NCBI GenBank assembly: GCA_973895155.1
Contig: OZ316896.1
Coordinates: 13,697,469 to 13,761,468, forward strand
Direction: 5' to 3'
DNA from: Marsupella aquatica
Taxonomy: Eukaryota; Plantae; Marchantiophyta
Length of the DNA: 64,000 bases
This document shows, piece by piece, positions 26,786 through 38,979 of this stretch (positions are counted from its first letter, which is position 1; every line of letters starts with the position of its first letter). The position numbers and the translations under genes are program-made. A model generated the notes under the pieces. That model ran no database searches. It was given only the letters and a program-made list of their open reading frames with translations, and was not told the origin of the DNA.

Positions 26786-27337
26786 CCTCTCTCTTTGCTT
26801 GTACACCTCGGTGATGCAGAAGGGTATTCAAAATGGGGTTTGGAGGGAGGGTGACGTGAAGAAATCACCCAGGGCCTAAATTACTACCTAAAACAGGGTC
26901 GAAATGAAGCGCGACCACGACAACTCACGACACGTCGCCGATGAGTGCTAAAAATGGCACGAAATTGGACAGCGAGATTGTTTTTCACTCTTTTACAAAG
27001 GAAATCCAAATGACATTGAGTGAAAATGAATGGGCTGCCCCGTGTTCCTTGGTTATACATACTAATCACGGATCAGGCGCGACTTAGTAAAATTTACCCC
27101 AAATCATGATAAATCAATGTTTTTGGGTCAATTATTCATGAATATTTTGGGGTATTAACGGGAAAAAGCTTGTAAATTTCCTGAATATTTGATATTTTTG
27201 AAGTTAAATAGTCCTAACAATCCGTGGAAAACTATAAATAGACTCGTTTATTCATGACTCTTGGTCATTATTTTGAGAAGATTTGTTAGATTTTACTGAT
27301 TTTATGAGTTTCTTGTCAATTTGCACTAGTTTTTCCA

Positions 27338-30300
27338 ATGGCGGCATGTTACGAATCAGATGATTATTCAGATGGAGTTTCTGATGATGTTTCATTGCCG
27401 GATGGCCCCTGCACAGTGGTTGGCCCAGATATCCTTGGAATAACTACTATTTTAGATATGCCACCCCCCACCCCTATGAGCAAGTTAAAACGTAGTCCTT
27501 TACGACTTGCAATTAGTGGGAAGAAATCATTGGTCGGTGGTAAGGAGAGGTTAGGGAGCTCCTCTGACTCCTTGGAGAGTATTGGTCCCCCTGGACGTCA
27601 AGTTGTATCTCCTTTGTCAACAACAAAGGACAAATTGGGGAGTAATCTGGAAGGTTCAATGCCTATTTGGATGTCTGGGAAACGGTCTCATGAATTCATG
27701 AAGACTGGATTTGGAAAGATGAAGAAGGCACTAAGTGGGGAAAATGACAGAGAGTTTTGCAGTCTCCAAAGTGTTCAACGGCTGAAGCAAATGCCAAAAA
27801 GTAAAACCTTTGGTAAGCCAACGTCAGAAACATTTCACAGGGGGATGAGGGAAGAAACTAGACGACCAGTGTTATTGAAAAGTATTCCAGTTCTAAAGGA
27901 ATTCTAATGTGCGTTCCTCAGTTTTACCTAGGAGTCATGGTGTTGGGGCAGCGAGCGGATCAAGTCACGGAAACTCAAACAGGGAAACCAACCTGGTGGA
28001 GAGGGACCCTAGGAAAATATTGAAAGGGTCCCTACACGGTAATGGAGGGATTTCTGAAATACGCCCAGGTATTCCAAGGCTGCATAGAGTGAAGGAAGAG
28101 CCTCCATCTCCGAAGGCTGCAGGTCTGGAATCTCGGCATGTTCAGAAGCAAATGTTGGTGACCATTTCATCATCGAATGAAAGCGAGTCTTCGGAGAGTG
28201 GGGAGGATGATGATGTTCCGGTGGCATCTAGTCGTTACAAACGTACGAGCAACGCCACTTTGTGTGAAACAAAGTTGAAAGAGGAGGATATCAAGAAAAC
28301 AAATAGTAAGTACTGTTGTCAGAGTCATTGTCTCCTAAGTCTATATCCAAAAGAAATTCGTGAGGCGCGTTCTAAATTTTTGAGGCAGAAATCTCAGGAT
28401 CGGTCTTTATCTTTGCAGTGGCTTATAAAGCGAGACGGAAATGAAGGAGGGAGGCAAACTATATCTTACACGTTTGGTCAAAAGAGTATTTGTCGGAAAG
28501 CTTTCAAGCTTATATTTTGCGTTGGCAATCATATATTAAATAGAATTTTGAAATTAGACAACCAAGACTTAGGATATTCTAAACCAGTTGGACGCCCTCC
28601 ATCTGTTAAAAGATTAGTCTTGGTCAGTTGGCTCAGGTCATTTTTTGAGACACGCGTGGAAACATTGCCAAATAAAGAAGTTTCACATTTACCGGATAAT
28701 TATTCAAAGCTGGAGGTATGGAAGATCTACGACTCCAACTATGCCAAGATTGATGAATCATCAAAAATATCCTATCGACAATTCTTGAAAGTTTGGGTTC
28801 AAGAATTTGGTCATGTGAAGATTCCTCCAGTCAATCGATTCAGTGCTTGCGCGGATTGCGAGGAGTTCAAATCAATTTGGGACAAAGCTGTCTCGGAGAC
28901 CGAAAAGAGTAAGTTGCTTAGAAGTTTGACAAGTTTTTGTTTCAAGAATATGGCTTAGCACATAATTTCTATTTTTTAAAAAGAAACTAACAAGTTGTTT
29001 TTCCAGGGCGAGGGGAAATTATGTTACAAAAACATAGAGAACAACAATCCAAAGAACGTGAGAAACTTGCGAAGCATCGTAAGAAATGTTTTTCAAATCC
29101 TGATAAATATTTGGGAGTTGTCATTGATGGGATGGATCAGAAGAAGACAAGGTTGCCTCATTGGCCGCGGCCCCCAAAATCGGTGGACGAAACATGTTTG
29201 ATCCAAATGCACGTTGTCGGATGCCTGGTTTTCAATGGTGCACTATTTTCAAGAGTGTTTCTTAATTATCCTGTATTACATAATGATGGAAACTTGACAC
29301 TCACAATCCTGCAAAGGGTGTTTCACGAATGGGAAGTAAAGCCTGGTGGCTTGCCGCCTGTTCTCTATCTTCAACTTGATAATACCAGTAGAGAAAATTA
29401 AAATAATTTACTCTTTGCCTATCTTCATATGTTGATTCAAAGAAAGGTTTTTCGGAAAATCAAACTAGGATTCTTGTTGGTTGGACACACACACGACCAA
29501 ATAGATCAAATGTTCAGTCGATTTTCTAAATGACTAGCAAGGTTTAAGGCATTCACATACGAAAGCCTATGTGATATTATTTGTGAATCATATCAACCCC
29601 AACCAAATATCACTCTTTTAAAGGAAACATATGATTTCCGTCAATATGCCTTCTCAGATCCACCTTTAGTCATTGAAAGGATTCAAAATGTTACCTTCCA
29701 CCACCAGTACAAATTTGCATTTGACAAGTTGGAAGATCAAGTTCCAACCCAATGGGGGAAGAAGTTTTCCACGGACTCAACTTGGAAACCTGACGGAGGT
29801 GTGAAATTTTTGAGGGAAGAGGAGCTAGAAAAGGTGATGGGTTGTGCTCCCGGATTACCCCTTTTTGGATTACCCCTTTTCAAAAAGGGGGATAAGAACG
29901 TTACAAGGACTCAACCAAATATGTCTAGTTCTTCAAGAATGACTTTGAAGGAGATGGATGATTCGTTAAATGAGATTCAAAAGGGAATACTTGCAGTTGA
30001 AACTTTATTCTCAGAAGAGGAAGTGAACTGGTGGAGAATGTTTTTTGAAGAGCAACGGGAATTGAATAAATCTTTGCTCCTTGATCAAAGACCATTGATT
30101 TTCCCTTTTCAATGGCCACGCTCCCAAGGGGAGATTGCTGTTGCTGCTGAAGTTCCCAGAGTTCTTGTCAATGAAGAGGAAATTGAAGAGAGAGTATACG
30201 GACCTACTAGAGATATATACGTGGGTCCTTATCGGAATCAAGGAAAGATAGATGCAGAGAAGGAGAATATGGAAGGAGACTTTTCGGATCTTGAAGTCAA

Positions 30301-30757
30301 CACTTATATTTCTGTTGCTGGAGAAGAATCAGAAACATTTTGGGTGGTCAAGGTGGAAAGAATTGACCAGCGCGACGAGTTCAACATTCCAAAAATGATT
30401 TATGTTTTATGGCATGCTGCAAAAACTGGGTCAGATCCTTGGAAAGCCAAGTACTTACGGTCAGAAGTCTTAAACTACGAAAAGAAGAAAAGTGGTCGTG
30501 GGAAAGGAACTTTGAAACCAATATGGTTTCACCAAGAGCTTGATTTATCTTCCACGACTGTTTTTGCTTATAACTTCATGATGACAAAATCTGATACATT
30601 ATACAGAAAGACAGTAGATCGAATCAAAATCTGATTGACTGAATTTTTGGCAGAAGAGAAAGAGCAAGAACAAGAGAATAGATCAGCTAGAACCCCGCTA
30701 GGAGATAAATCTAGGGATATTTCGTTTCAAGAATTGAGGACTTCTGGATCTGAGTAA
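27338..30757 (+). pseudogene. Sola-like DDD transposase, spliced, with premature stops
   Basis: Motifs CCQSHCL, ICRKAFKLIFCV, FSACADCEEF, VIDGMDQKK, LYLQLDNTSREN*N and FLLVGHTHDQIDQMFS. Intron 28909-29006 restores the frame. In-frame stops at 29399 (TAA), 29531 (TGA) and 30632 (TGA); frame break near 27907; likely original stop at 30755-30757. Confidence 0.75.
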
Positions 30758-31592
30758 TGAAAAGTAGTTAGTGTTTGTGACATTACCATTGAAAAACATG
30801 GATAACTTGAAATTTTTCAATTTTTCAAAATGCCTTTACCACTTATTCATGAATTCATGGTTAAAGTTTCTTGAGAAAATTGTAGTTTAATATTTTCTTA
30901 GTGGGTTGTGTTTCAATTCAATTAGATGGTGTCATTTCTATTCTCCTTGTCTTCTTTTCACAATTTAATGTGTATCAGGTTAAGTTGTAGTAATTTATTT
31001 TTCTGGTTTTTAAATGACAATGGCTTTTGGAGGTGATTTAGTTGTTGTTTCAAGAGACAGCTCGTGTAATTGTGAGACCATTGTAGATAATAGTGTTGTA
31101 TTTGAGATCATTTATTGGTGGAATGTAACTTCAGATGAATTTGGTCATTTTTAGGCGTCAAAACATAGCTAGTTTATGTCATATTTTGTTCGCTCCATAT
31201 TTTTGTTCTAAAATAGGTGCTAATTTTGGCACTTTTTTGACTTTTTTGTTGTTTTTCTGATTTTTTGGCTAGAGTTCCTAAAGTATGGGCTTGTTACTCA
31301 TCATTTAGGGCTTCTTGTTACAAATGCCAAGAAAATAGTTCTTGAATCAGTGAATATCTTTGAACTTGAGTAGTTCAAGTAATGTTGCATGGAAGTTGTT
31401 GTGACTTAAGAGGTGCATTTGTGTCAATGTTGGCGATATAGAAAACAACAAAGTAGACACCAGGTGTTAATGAAAATATGTGAATGGGGTAAGGATTTAT
31501 GGATCAAAACACGTTTTAACTAATATCTTCTGGGCATACAGTTCTCTATCAACCTCCAAACTCTCCCTTTGAGTCCTCATAGTGTCCCAAAT

Positions 31593-31797
31593 CTCGGGGG
31601 GGTCACTATATGAAGAGTCATACATCACGTGCGATGGTTTGGGTCATTTATGACCCCCCTAAGTCACTTTCTAGAAAGTTGTACGACACCAATCATGTGA
31701 TGCATTTTGCAATTAAACAACCCTATATTTCCATAGAAGACTTAGTTACATGATATGCCCAGGGATATGCCACTTCCATGGAAGTGACCCCCCCCAG
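31593..31797. mobile_element. MITE, 205 bp, CTCGGGGG-TIR family
   Basis: TIRs CTCGGGGGGGTCACT / AGTGACCCCCCCCAG; 8-bp flanks TCCCAAAT / CCCCAAAT. Confidence 0.75.
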
Positions 31798-33330
31798 CCC
31801 CAAATCTCAAAACCCCTCAATCATCTACAGTATATCCAACCCACATGTCATAGCTGATTTTTATGTACCCGCAATCAAGCTTGATAGAATGTAACTAAGT
31901 GTAGTGAAACGTCAGTTAGGACACACCATCACAAAAGACCCAAGACCCCGCCCAAGACATTTGCAGACATTGAGTATTGATCTAGGATGCCGCTTATCGG
32001 AGAAAATGGGCCTCGATGGGCGTGGCTTGCCAGAAGCCAGCCACACAGTCAGGCACCCATGGACCAAGGTAAATTTGTTCTGTCCTCAGCTAGGTCAGCA
32101 AGGGAGGGTACAATGTGTGGTACTCTATCTGTGCAGGTGAAGAGATCAGTTAGAGGGCAACAGAGTGCAAAGCAACATTTGTTTTAGTGGCAAGAATTTG
32201 CCAAATTTCACCTCCCCAATAAGCTTTTGCCACTTTTGGCAAAAATTAGCTAATACTTTTCTGTCTCATTGGCCAATGTTCCCCCTAATCACCCGCCCCA
32301 TTAGCCAGAATCTAATGGTCATCCATAAATCTAGGGAGATCTCACTGGCAGTCAGGAAATTAATCAGGTAAGGAATATTTTGAGCATCTTCTCCTTGACA
32401 CAATGGACATTTGCCACTCTGGCAAAAAAGTAAAAATCTTTAAAAATAAGCTCTTGCAAAGTAATGAGACCATTCTGGCTCATTCCAGGGGGATGAATTT
32501 TTTTACCAAAGACCCAAAATTGGGTGGGCAAGGCAAAAGAACTTTTGGGTAGGGTGGGCGAGGCAAAAGTACTTTGGATATGTTGGGCGAAGTGATACAA
32601 CACTCTCATTCCTAACAAAATTCCTGTTTGTTGGCATTATACAATACCTCTATTTCAAGACTTGAATGTGCACACCTGTTCCTGGTCATTATGCAACATG
32701 TACTTTGATTGACATGTGTTTTATTTGTCCAATTCAATCCTATCAAATACTATGCAACAGGCATTTAAGCATCACTACAGGACAAAAACTTGAAGGTGAA
32801 CGTGTTACATATAGCATGCTCATCCTAGAACATGTTTTATTTTTTGTCTTGTAATGATCTGAAAGTAAATAAAATATGAGAGCATAGAAGTGTTGTTATA
32901 TAAGTAAAGTGTCTGCCAAGAAAAGCACAGTGACCAAGAAAAGGTACAATCAAACGATGCTAGGATGTGTGCACTTAACTCAGGGTGCCTTATGAATGAC
33001 ACTCCTTTCAATAAAAATCATAAATCTAGGAAATAAAAACATGAGGAGAACTTAAGAGGCTATGCATTCATGTTCTTCAACATCATTTCTCTCACTAGTG
33101 GTGGTGGAGCCTTTGGTTTCATCTCTAAGGAAACTCATAGTGTGAAAAGGGGCTGCCAAAATAAGTTCAAAACACTCTAGAATACCTAAAACTAAATGGG
33201 TCTAAAAAGTAATTAAAAATGTATAGAATGCAAAGGCTGCCCTTTGATAAGGCAGATTGAAATGAAAATACATGACACAAAAATCAGATGAAGACAAAAT
33301 CTGAAATGTGCATTCACCATATAGCACCTT

Positions 33331-33398
33331 CACTATTGAACGTGCTACAATAGGAAGTCTAGTCCACTATTGAACGTGCTACAATAGGAAGTCTAGTC
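33331..33398. repeat. Perfect tandem duplication, 2 x 34 bp, at the right junction of the large insertion
   Basis: CACTATTGAACGTGCTACAATAGGAAGTCTAGTC twice. Confidence 0.9.
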
Positions 33399-33850
33399 CA
33401 AAACTAGCTTTAAAAACTCTCTTTCTCAATGGCGTGAAACTGAAACCTGGACTTAATCAAGACCAGCTATTTTATCTGTTATTTTGAGATCAAATGTCAA
33501 GTCTGATGTCCTGAACTATAAGGACCCTCTGTTTCTGAATCATGCTAACAGTTTCGCTGTGGCCGACATACAAATGGAAGACGGCACTAGAACGAATTTA
33601 ATTTACAATAAACGCAGCTTTGTCTTCCGTTTGACCCCATTTCCGTTTGAATGTCGCCGCATCAAGTGCAGGCTTCGGATTCTACTTTACTCGAGGTGTT
33701 ACACACTGGTGGAGACGAGATGGTTAGAGTGGTTCCTAACCCAAGCAAGTGCTGCAAGGAGAGGAGACGAATCTGAAGCAGCCAGGGTGTTGAGATGGCA
33801 GGTGTTGCAGGCTAGACCTCCGGGCAGGTTTTGAAGACTGATAAGTAGAT
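33388..33850 (-). pseudogene. Beta-adaptin (AP4B1) relic: last intron and part of the penultimate exon
   Basis: CCGTTTGACCCCATTTCCGTTTGAATGTCGCCGCATCAAGTGCAGGCTTCGGATT is identical to 506-560. GTGGCCGACATACAAATG and GGTTTTGAAGACTG are also shared with 270-715. Confidence 0.9.
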
Positions 33851-34597
33851 GGCAGGTAGAGGGGTGGTTTATAAGTGACAGCCAGAGTTACAAGTGGAGC
33901 CACTTGAATCTAACAAGCAACGATGAGACAACTATGCTAAAGACGAGGCACTGATGAAGGCTGAATTAGAGGCAAGACAAACAACAGTGTCGTAAATTCC
34001 AACATTGTCTAATATCCAACAGAATCTATTGTATGAACAAGTGACTAGGGCCTATTGTGTCTTCTTTTGTGTAATTATAGTAACGTCTTGTTTGCAGGCC
34101 TGTAGCCGAAGTTTTGAGTGGCCATGATTTCCCGTAATGTCCTGCCTGGTAATAACCCAGATGTCAATACACTTTCATCCCGTCAAATATTTTCTCCAGA
34201 CCTTTCTTCACACAGGCTTGAAGACAAATCAATATGAAATTTAATAGTTTTTGTCCAGCAGAAGTCGAATACAAATCTCAAAATATTATGATGGGCATCC
34301 TCTTCCACAAACTAGAGAAAAGTAGGAAAGAGAAATATCCTTAGTTATTGAAGTCACTAAGTTGAGTCACGACCGACACATTTGGCATGCAGACGTTGAC
34401 TTGTGAAACTTATTGGAGAGCTTACGAGAACCACCAGTTCTTTTTACATTTTTTCGAGGGAGGCAGGGTGGTCGAGATCGTTCAAACAGCACCAGACAAA
34501 ATTAGCTGCCAAAGCTAACGACTTCCAGACAGATCAAACTAACGTGAACAGTAAGTTGAATTTCACGTAACTGCACTGAATTATCCCGAATAATCGG

Positions 34598-34920
34598 GAA
34601 TTGGGAGTCGAGATATTTTGAATCCCTCTAAAATAGTTCTTGCCTAATTCAACTTAAATCCACTATCAAGAATTGAACAATATTCAGCAAGCCAAGCTGC
34701 TGCATGCTAATTCCCTGAGTGACTGGTGAGTTCCTAATGAAGGGTTAATTACCGTACCAAGATATCTCTTGTAGTATAGAATTGGGAGTCGGACTTAAAT
34801 TGACTATCAGTATTCAGCAAGGCAAGCTGCTGCATGCTAATTAATTCTCTGAGACAGTGAGTTTCCTAGTTCAGAGTTAGCGTAAGACATGTCTTGTAGT
34901 ATGGAAATGGGAGTCGATCA
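34598..34920. repeat. Diverged tandem repeat, 2-3 units of 130-180 bp
   Basis: AA(T/A)TGGGAGTCG x3 and TATTCAGCAAG.CAAGCTGCTGCATGCTAATT x2. Confidence 0.75.
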
Positions 34921-37338
34921 TTAACTATCGCTTTGAGGTACGACTAACTCCTTCTGCCAACTCTTTTCTTTTCAAGTGACCTTCCTAGTCAGTGGAGTGC
35001 TTAGTACCTACCAAGATATGTATGTCTTCAATGTTTCTGCCTTGAAATTTTCACCAAGTTATTCGAGAAAAGTGAAGCAGCATACCACTAAATCGAGCTC
35101 GATCACAAACCCGCTGACAAAAGGGACAAGCTTTTAAACTTCAATTCATAATATATTTAAGGGAAACAGCTAGCCAGGCTACAACGAGAGGCAGAACCGA
35201 AAAGAGAGAAGCTTACGAAGGAAGGCGTGCAGAAACCTGGTACGCGGACAAAAACTTTGTTTACAGGCTAGCGATATCAAACGTGTGCAGCTAAACGAGG
35301 CGTTTGAACTTGAAACCCAGGATAGCTAGCACCACTGTAAAGGTTCGCCAAATGAATGTCACAGTCTCGACAATGACGCCTAACAGCACTGAATCGATCA
35401 CGGTGGTACTTACACACACGGAAGTGAGCCCACCGTCGAGCAGCTACGGGTTACGGAAGTCCGCCGTTCCAGGCCAAGAATCGTGGACGCCTGAGGGATG
35501 TGGTGTCCGGCCGTTCTGTCGATCCCGAATGACGTGGACTTCTGGGTTCAGTTGTATTTTTACATGCTAAGAATGTCGTTGTTGGGACTCGACTACGACA
35601 GATCGAAGTAAGGTAACACTGGGTAGCTCAGTTATACAGTGATCTTATTAGCGCTTCTCCCCGTGGAGTGCTACATAATTATCTTATTACAGTCAGGAAC
35701 TGAACATGACAATGTGTTCGTATTTCGTTTACTAGTAGTATTAGACCGTCCTGTGGATTTTGTCCGCCCTTGAATTGGAGGCTGTCGTTGGGTATAATAT
35801 AATATTCTTAATGTTAGTCACAGGCTTCCTTTCCTTTCATTGGACGATTGCTTGGATAATTATTCAGAGATCTCTAAGTCATGTTTACCGAGCAGTAGTG
35901 CGGGGTTTCCAAGGGCAAACATTACAATCCACCCAAAAAAGAATAATGCAGCAGCTACAGTCCAGCCTTTGCAAGTGAACTGTTGGGTACAACCAAGGTC
36001 AAGTGGAACCTCACTTTTCAAAGAGCTTTGTGACGTATTCAAGCTAAGGCGGGCCTGGTCACCATTACGGTTAATGTAAACAATTCAAGCGATCCCGACC
36101 GCCTCGTCGTCTAAGTATATTCATGATTCACTTTGTTACGGAGTCCATGCAAGCTTAAGGGCAAACAAGAAAGCTCACAAGAGATAGTTAATTAGCGTGA
36201 ACCTAGGTTCTCCCGCAGTGCTGCCACTAAACTTGTAAGATTCTCCTCATATGAGTAAAATCACATGTTTGACATTGTAAACTACCTTTCGGTTCGCAAT
36301 GTAATTAATTAAACCACACCTGCAAATATAAGAACCCCGTTGACCGATTCCCTCCCTCCCTACTCTTCAATTTAGTCCTATAGCCCTTCGGCTATTCCCT
36401 CCCTCCCTACTCTTCATTCCTATCCTCTGGTAATAATGTCTCACCTTAAAACTAAGGTGGAGATCCTATGGCGAATAGTGTCTCACTCCCTCACTCCTCG
36501 TCCTATGGCAATAATGTCTCACCTTAAAGGTGGATATCCTATGGTGAATAGCATCTCACTTGTAACACTTGCCGTTTTTGCTCTCACCACCTTTTGTGTA
36601 GCTCAAACCTATTCGTTAACTTGTTGTATAATGAGCGCTACCCTCTTTATAGGGACAGGTGTGGCTTATAATGAGGGCTACACTCCTATAGGGACAGAAG
36701 TGGTTTATGCTGTAACACTAGCGTAACAAGTGCCTAAGCCACTAGCTAACAAACGCTTTTATTTTTCAAAAAACATATGTGTAACCTTAGAGTTTTTGTC
36801 TGGTCATGGCTGCGAACGGGTTCTTGCCATGTAACGCCTTCATGATCTCCAACTACTAGCTTCACAAACTTTCCTTGTTTGACTGCAGCCAATAGTACGT
36901 GGTGAAAGCCACCGTACACATATGCGGCTGGGCCCGAGTGTGGTGGGCTACAATGATCCCCAAATTTCGCCCGCAATCTTGTGTGACTGCACTTCGATTA
37001 CATATACCGCTGAAGGAGCTCTTTTAGCATTCGTTCAGCTGCAACAAGGTTTGCTAGCAATGTCATCATTGCCAAAGCTGCATCTGACCTGAGGAGGCCG
37101 GCTTGCTAGGGAGACTTCGAATTTGGCTTAATTACTCAGCTGCTGCTGCTTTTGTATAAGCTTCCCGCTCATTCACGTGTCCAGTGAAGCAATTCAAGCA
37201 GATAATGGGCAGTAAAGCTCCGGTTGAAGAACTGACTTTCGAGTTTAGTCTGAAATTCAAGTCCTGCAGGCCAGGGATATTTACAACTCTGTAATGCTTC
37301 AGGGTTGAGAGTCGACAATTGTGGATTCCGCCGGGATC

Positions 37339-38979
37339 ATGACAACAATGAACTCGACGAACATGCTGACCGCTGAATTGGGCGCCTTCGCCCATCACAA
37401 TCTGACTGCTTTATTGGGAAGCGTTTCACCGGAGGGCCTGACGATCCTTGCCTTCTTCACGTTGATCGTAGGAATGGCAGTGACATACGTGCTGTACTTT
37501 GATCCCAATCGCCAGATGAATCTTCCCCCAGGCCCACGCCCTTGGCCTCTGGTTGGAAACATTCCCGTCTTCATCAACGCCGACACCATTCACGCGAAGC
37601 TGAGACAGCTTTCAAGCCTTCATGGCCCGATATACACAGTCTGGATTGGAAGCTCGCCAACTGTTGTCTTGTCAGGGATCAAATCAACTCGAGATGCGTT
37701 GGTGAGGAAGGGGGCCATCTTCTCAAGTCGCCCGGATAAATATTCATGGCGGTTCTTCACCAATGGATACCGCACCCTGCTGACTTCCCCAGACTCTCCG
37801 TACTGGCACAAGTTGAGGAGAGTCTACACCAAGCGCATGCTCAGTCCGGAAGCTGTCGGCCATTACACCGAGGTTAGGAAGAGCGAGGTAAGGAAATCAG
37901 TGGAGGCATTTCGGAGGGCACAAATGTCTTCCGAGGGACGAGGGTTTGATCCCGAACCCATCGTCCGGGCGCAGATGTCAAACATCATAACGAGAATGAA
38001 CTTCGGAGACGATTTCGACGTCGACATCCCGATGGGCCCTGGTGGAAGTCTGATCCGGAAGTCCGTGTACATGGAGCAGTTGTGCGAAAGGTACCGGAGC
38101 ATCACGGCGGGATCCATTGCCCATCTCGGCGACTACATCCCGTCTCTCCGGCACCTCGCTGTCTCTAAAGCCGTCTATGCGAACTACCAATCTCTCGAGG
38201 CTGAGGTAAAAGCCTTGATGATGCCGGTAGTCCAGAAACGCCGCCGAGAGTTGGCAGCGATGGAATATAGGCCCGGTCCAACGACGAGAGAGAACTTCAT
38301 CGACATCTTCCTGTCCTTGGAAGGGGAGGAAAAGCTCACCGACATCGAGGTTATGTGGATTCTGGTCGAGCTTGTCATGGGAGCAACGGATACAACGACC
38401 GGGACAACGCATTGGTCATTGGCACACTGCCTTGCCTACCCGGACGCACAGCAGAAATTGTACGACGAGATTGTGAGCGTTGTAGGGCATGATCGAGCTG
38501 TGGCAGAGGATGACCTCCCGAATCTACCGTACCTTCAGGCTTTTGTGAAGGAAACACTGCGCATCAGGAGCCCTGTTGCGTTGGGGGCGCCCCACTCCAC
38601 CAGCCAGAAATGCAACATCGACGGGTATGACATCCCTGCCAAGACCGCCATCATCATTCACGCTGGGTCACTTTCCCACGACGAGAAAATCTGGGATTCA
38701 CCCCAGGAATTTCGTCCTGAGAGATTTCTGCAACTGACGGACACTCAGAAGCACGCCTTCATTCCGTTTGGGTTGGGGAAAAGGATTTGTCCCGGCATTT
38801 ACATGGGTCTTCTCCAGGTCCAGATCACTGTCGCTACGCTGGTGAAAACATTCGAATGGATCCCGGCTGAAGCCGTCGATCTCTCCGAAAAACTGCACTT
38901 TATTGTCGTTCCGAAGACGAACTTGCGCGCAACAGTCAGAGAACGAAGTCCGAACACGGGCCTCAGGACTGAAAGTTAG
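37339..38979 (+). CDS. Cytochrome P450, CYP71 clan (CYP77/CYP89-like), intronless and intact
   Basis: N-terminal TM anchor, LPPGPRPWPLVGN hinge, WHKLRR, I-helix GATDTT, ETLR, PERF and heme motif PFGLGKRICPG. First ATG at 37339 (the ORF track starts at the upstream GTG 37321). Subfamily is tentative. Confidence 0.95.
   Translation: MTTMNSTNMLTAELGAFAHHNLTALLGSVSPEGLTILAFFTLIVGMAVTYVLYFDPNRQMNLPPGPRPWPLVGNIPVFINADTIHAKLRQLSSLHGPIYTVWIGSSPTVVLSGIKSTRDALVRKGAIFSSRPDKYSWRFFTNGYRTLLTSPDSPYWHKLRRVYTKRMLSPEAVGHYTEVRKSEVRKSVEAFRRAQMSSEGRGFDPEPIVRAQMSNIITRMNFGDDFDVDIPMGPGGSLIRKSVYMEQLCERYRSITAGSIAHLGDYIPSLRHLAVSKAVYANYQSLEAEVKALMMPVVQKRRRELAAMEYRPGPTTRENFIDIFLSLEGEEKLTDIEVMWILVELVMGATDTTTGTTHWSLAHCLAYPDAQQKLYDEIVSVVGHDRAVAEDDLPNLPYLQAFVKETLRIRSPVALGAPHSTSQKCNIDGYDIPAKTAIIIHAGSLSHDEKIWDSPQEFRPERFLQLTDTQKHAFIPFGLGKRICPGIYMGLLQVQITVATLVKTFEWIPAEAVDLSEKLHFIVVPKTNLRATVRERSPNTGLRTES

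Larger units (their letters stand above)
22310..33330. mobile_element. Insertion of about 11 kb in the AP4B1 relic, containing a divergent MTase gene and a Sola-like transposase; may be composite, termini not resolved
   Basis: Homology to the AP4B1 locus stops at about 22308 (equivalent to 207) and resumes at about 33388 (equivalent to 270). Two TE-type genes lie between. Confidence 0.65.

Noticed and set aside
23239-32615. Candidate TIR pair TTAAGGGATGAG (23239) and CTCATTCCTAA (32605)
   Set aside because: Only about 8 of 10 bases match and there is no matching TSD, so it is too weak to define element ends.
37395-38898. Several antisense ORFs within the P450
   Set aside because: Expected shadow ORFs of a GC-rich coding sequence.
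9230-38979. Sterol/triterpenoid biosynthetic gene cluster (EBP plus P450)
   Set aside because: EBP is a pseudogene, the two are about 27 kb apart and no scaffold enzyme is present.
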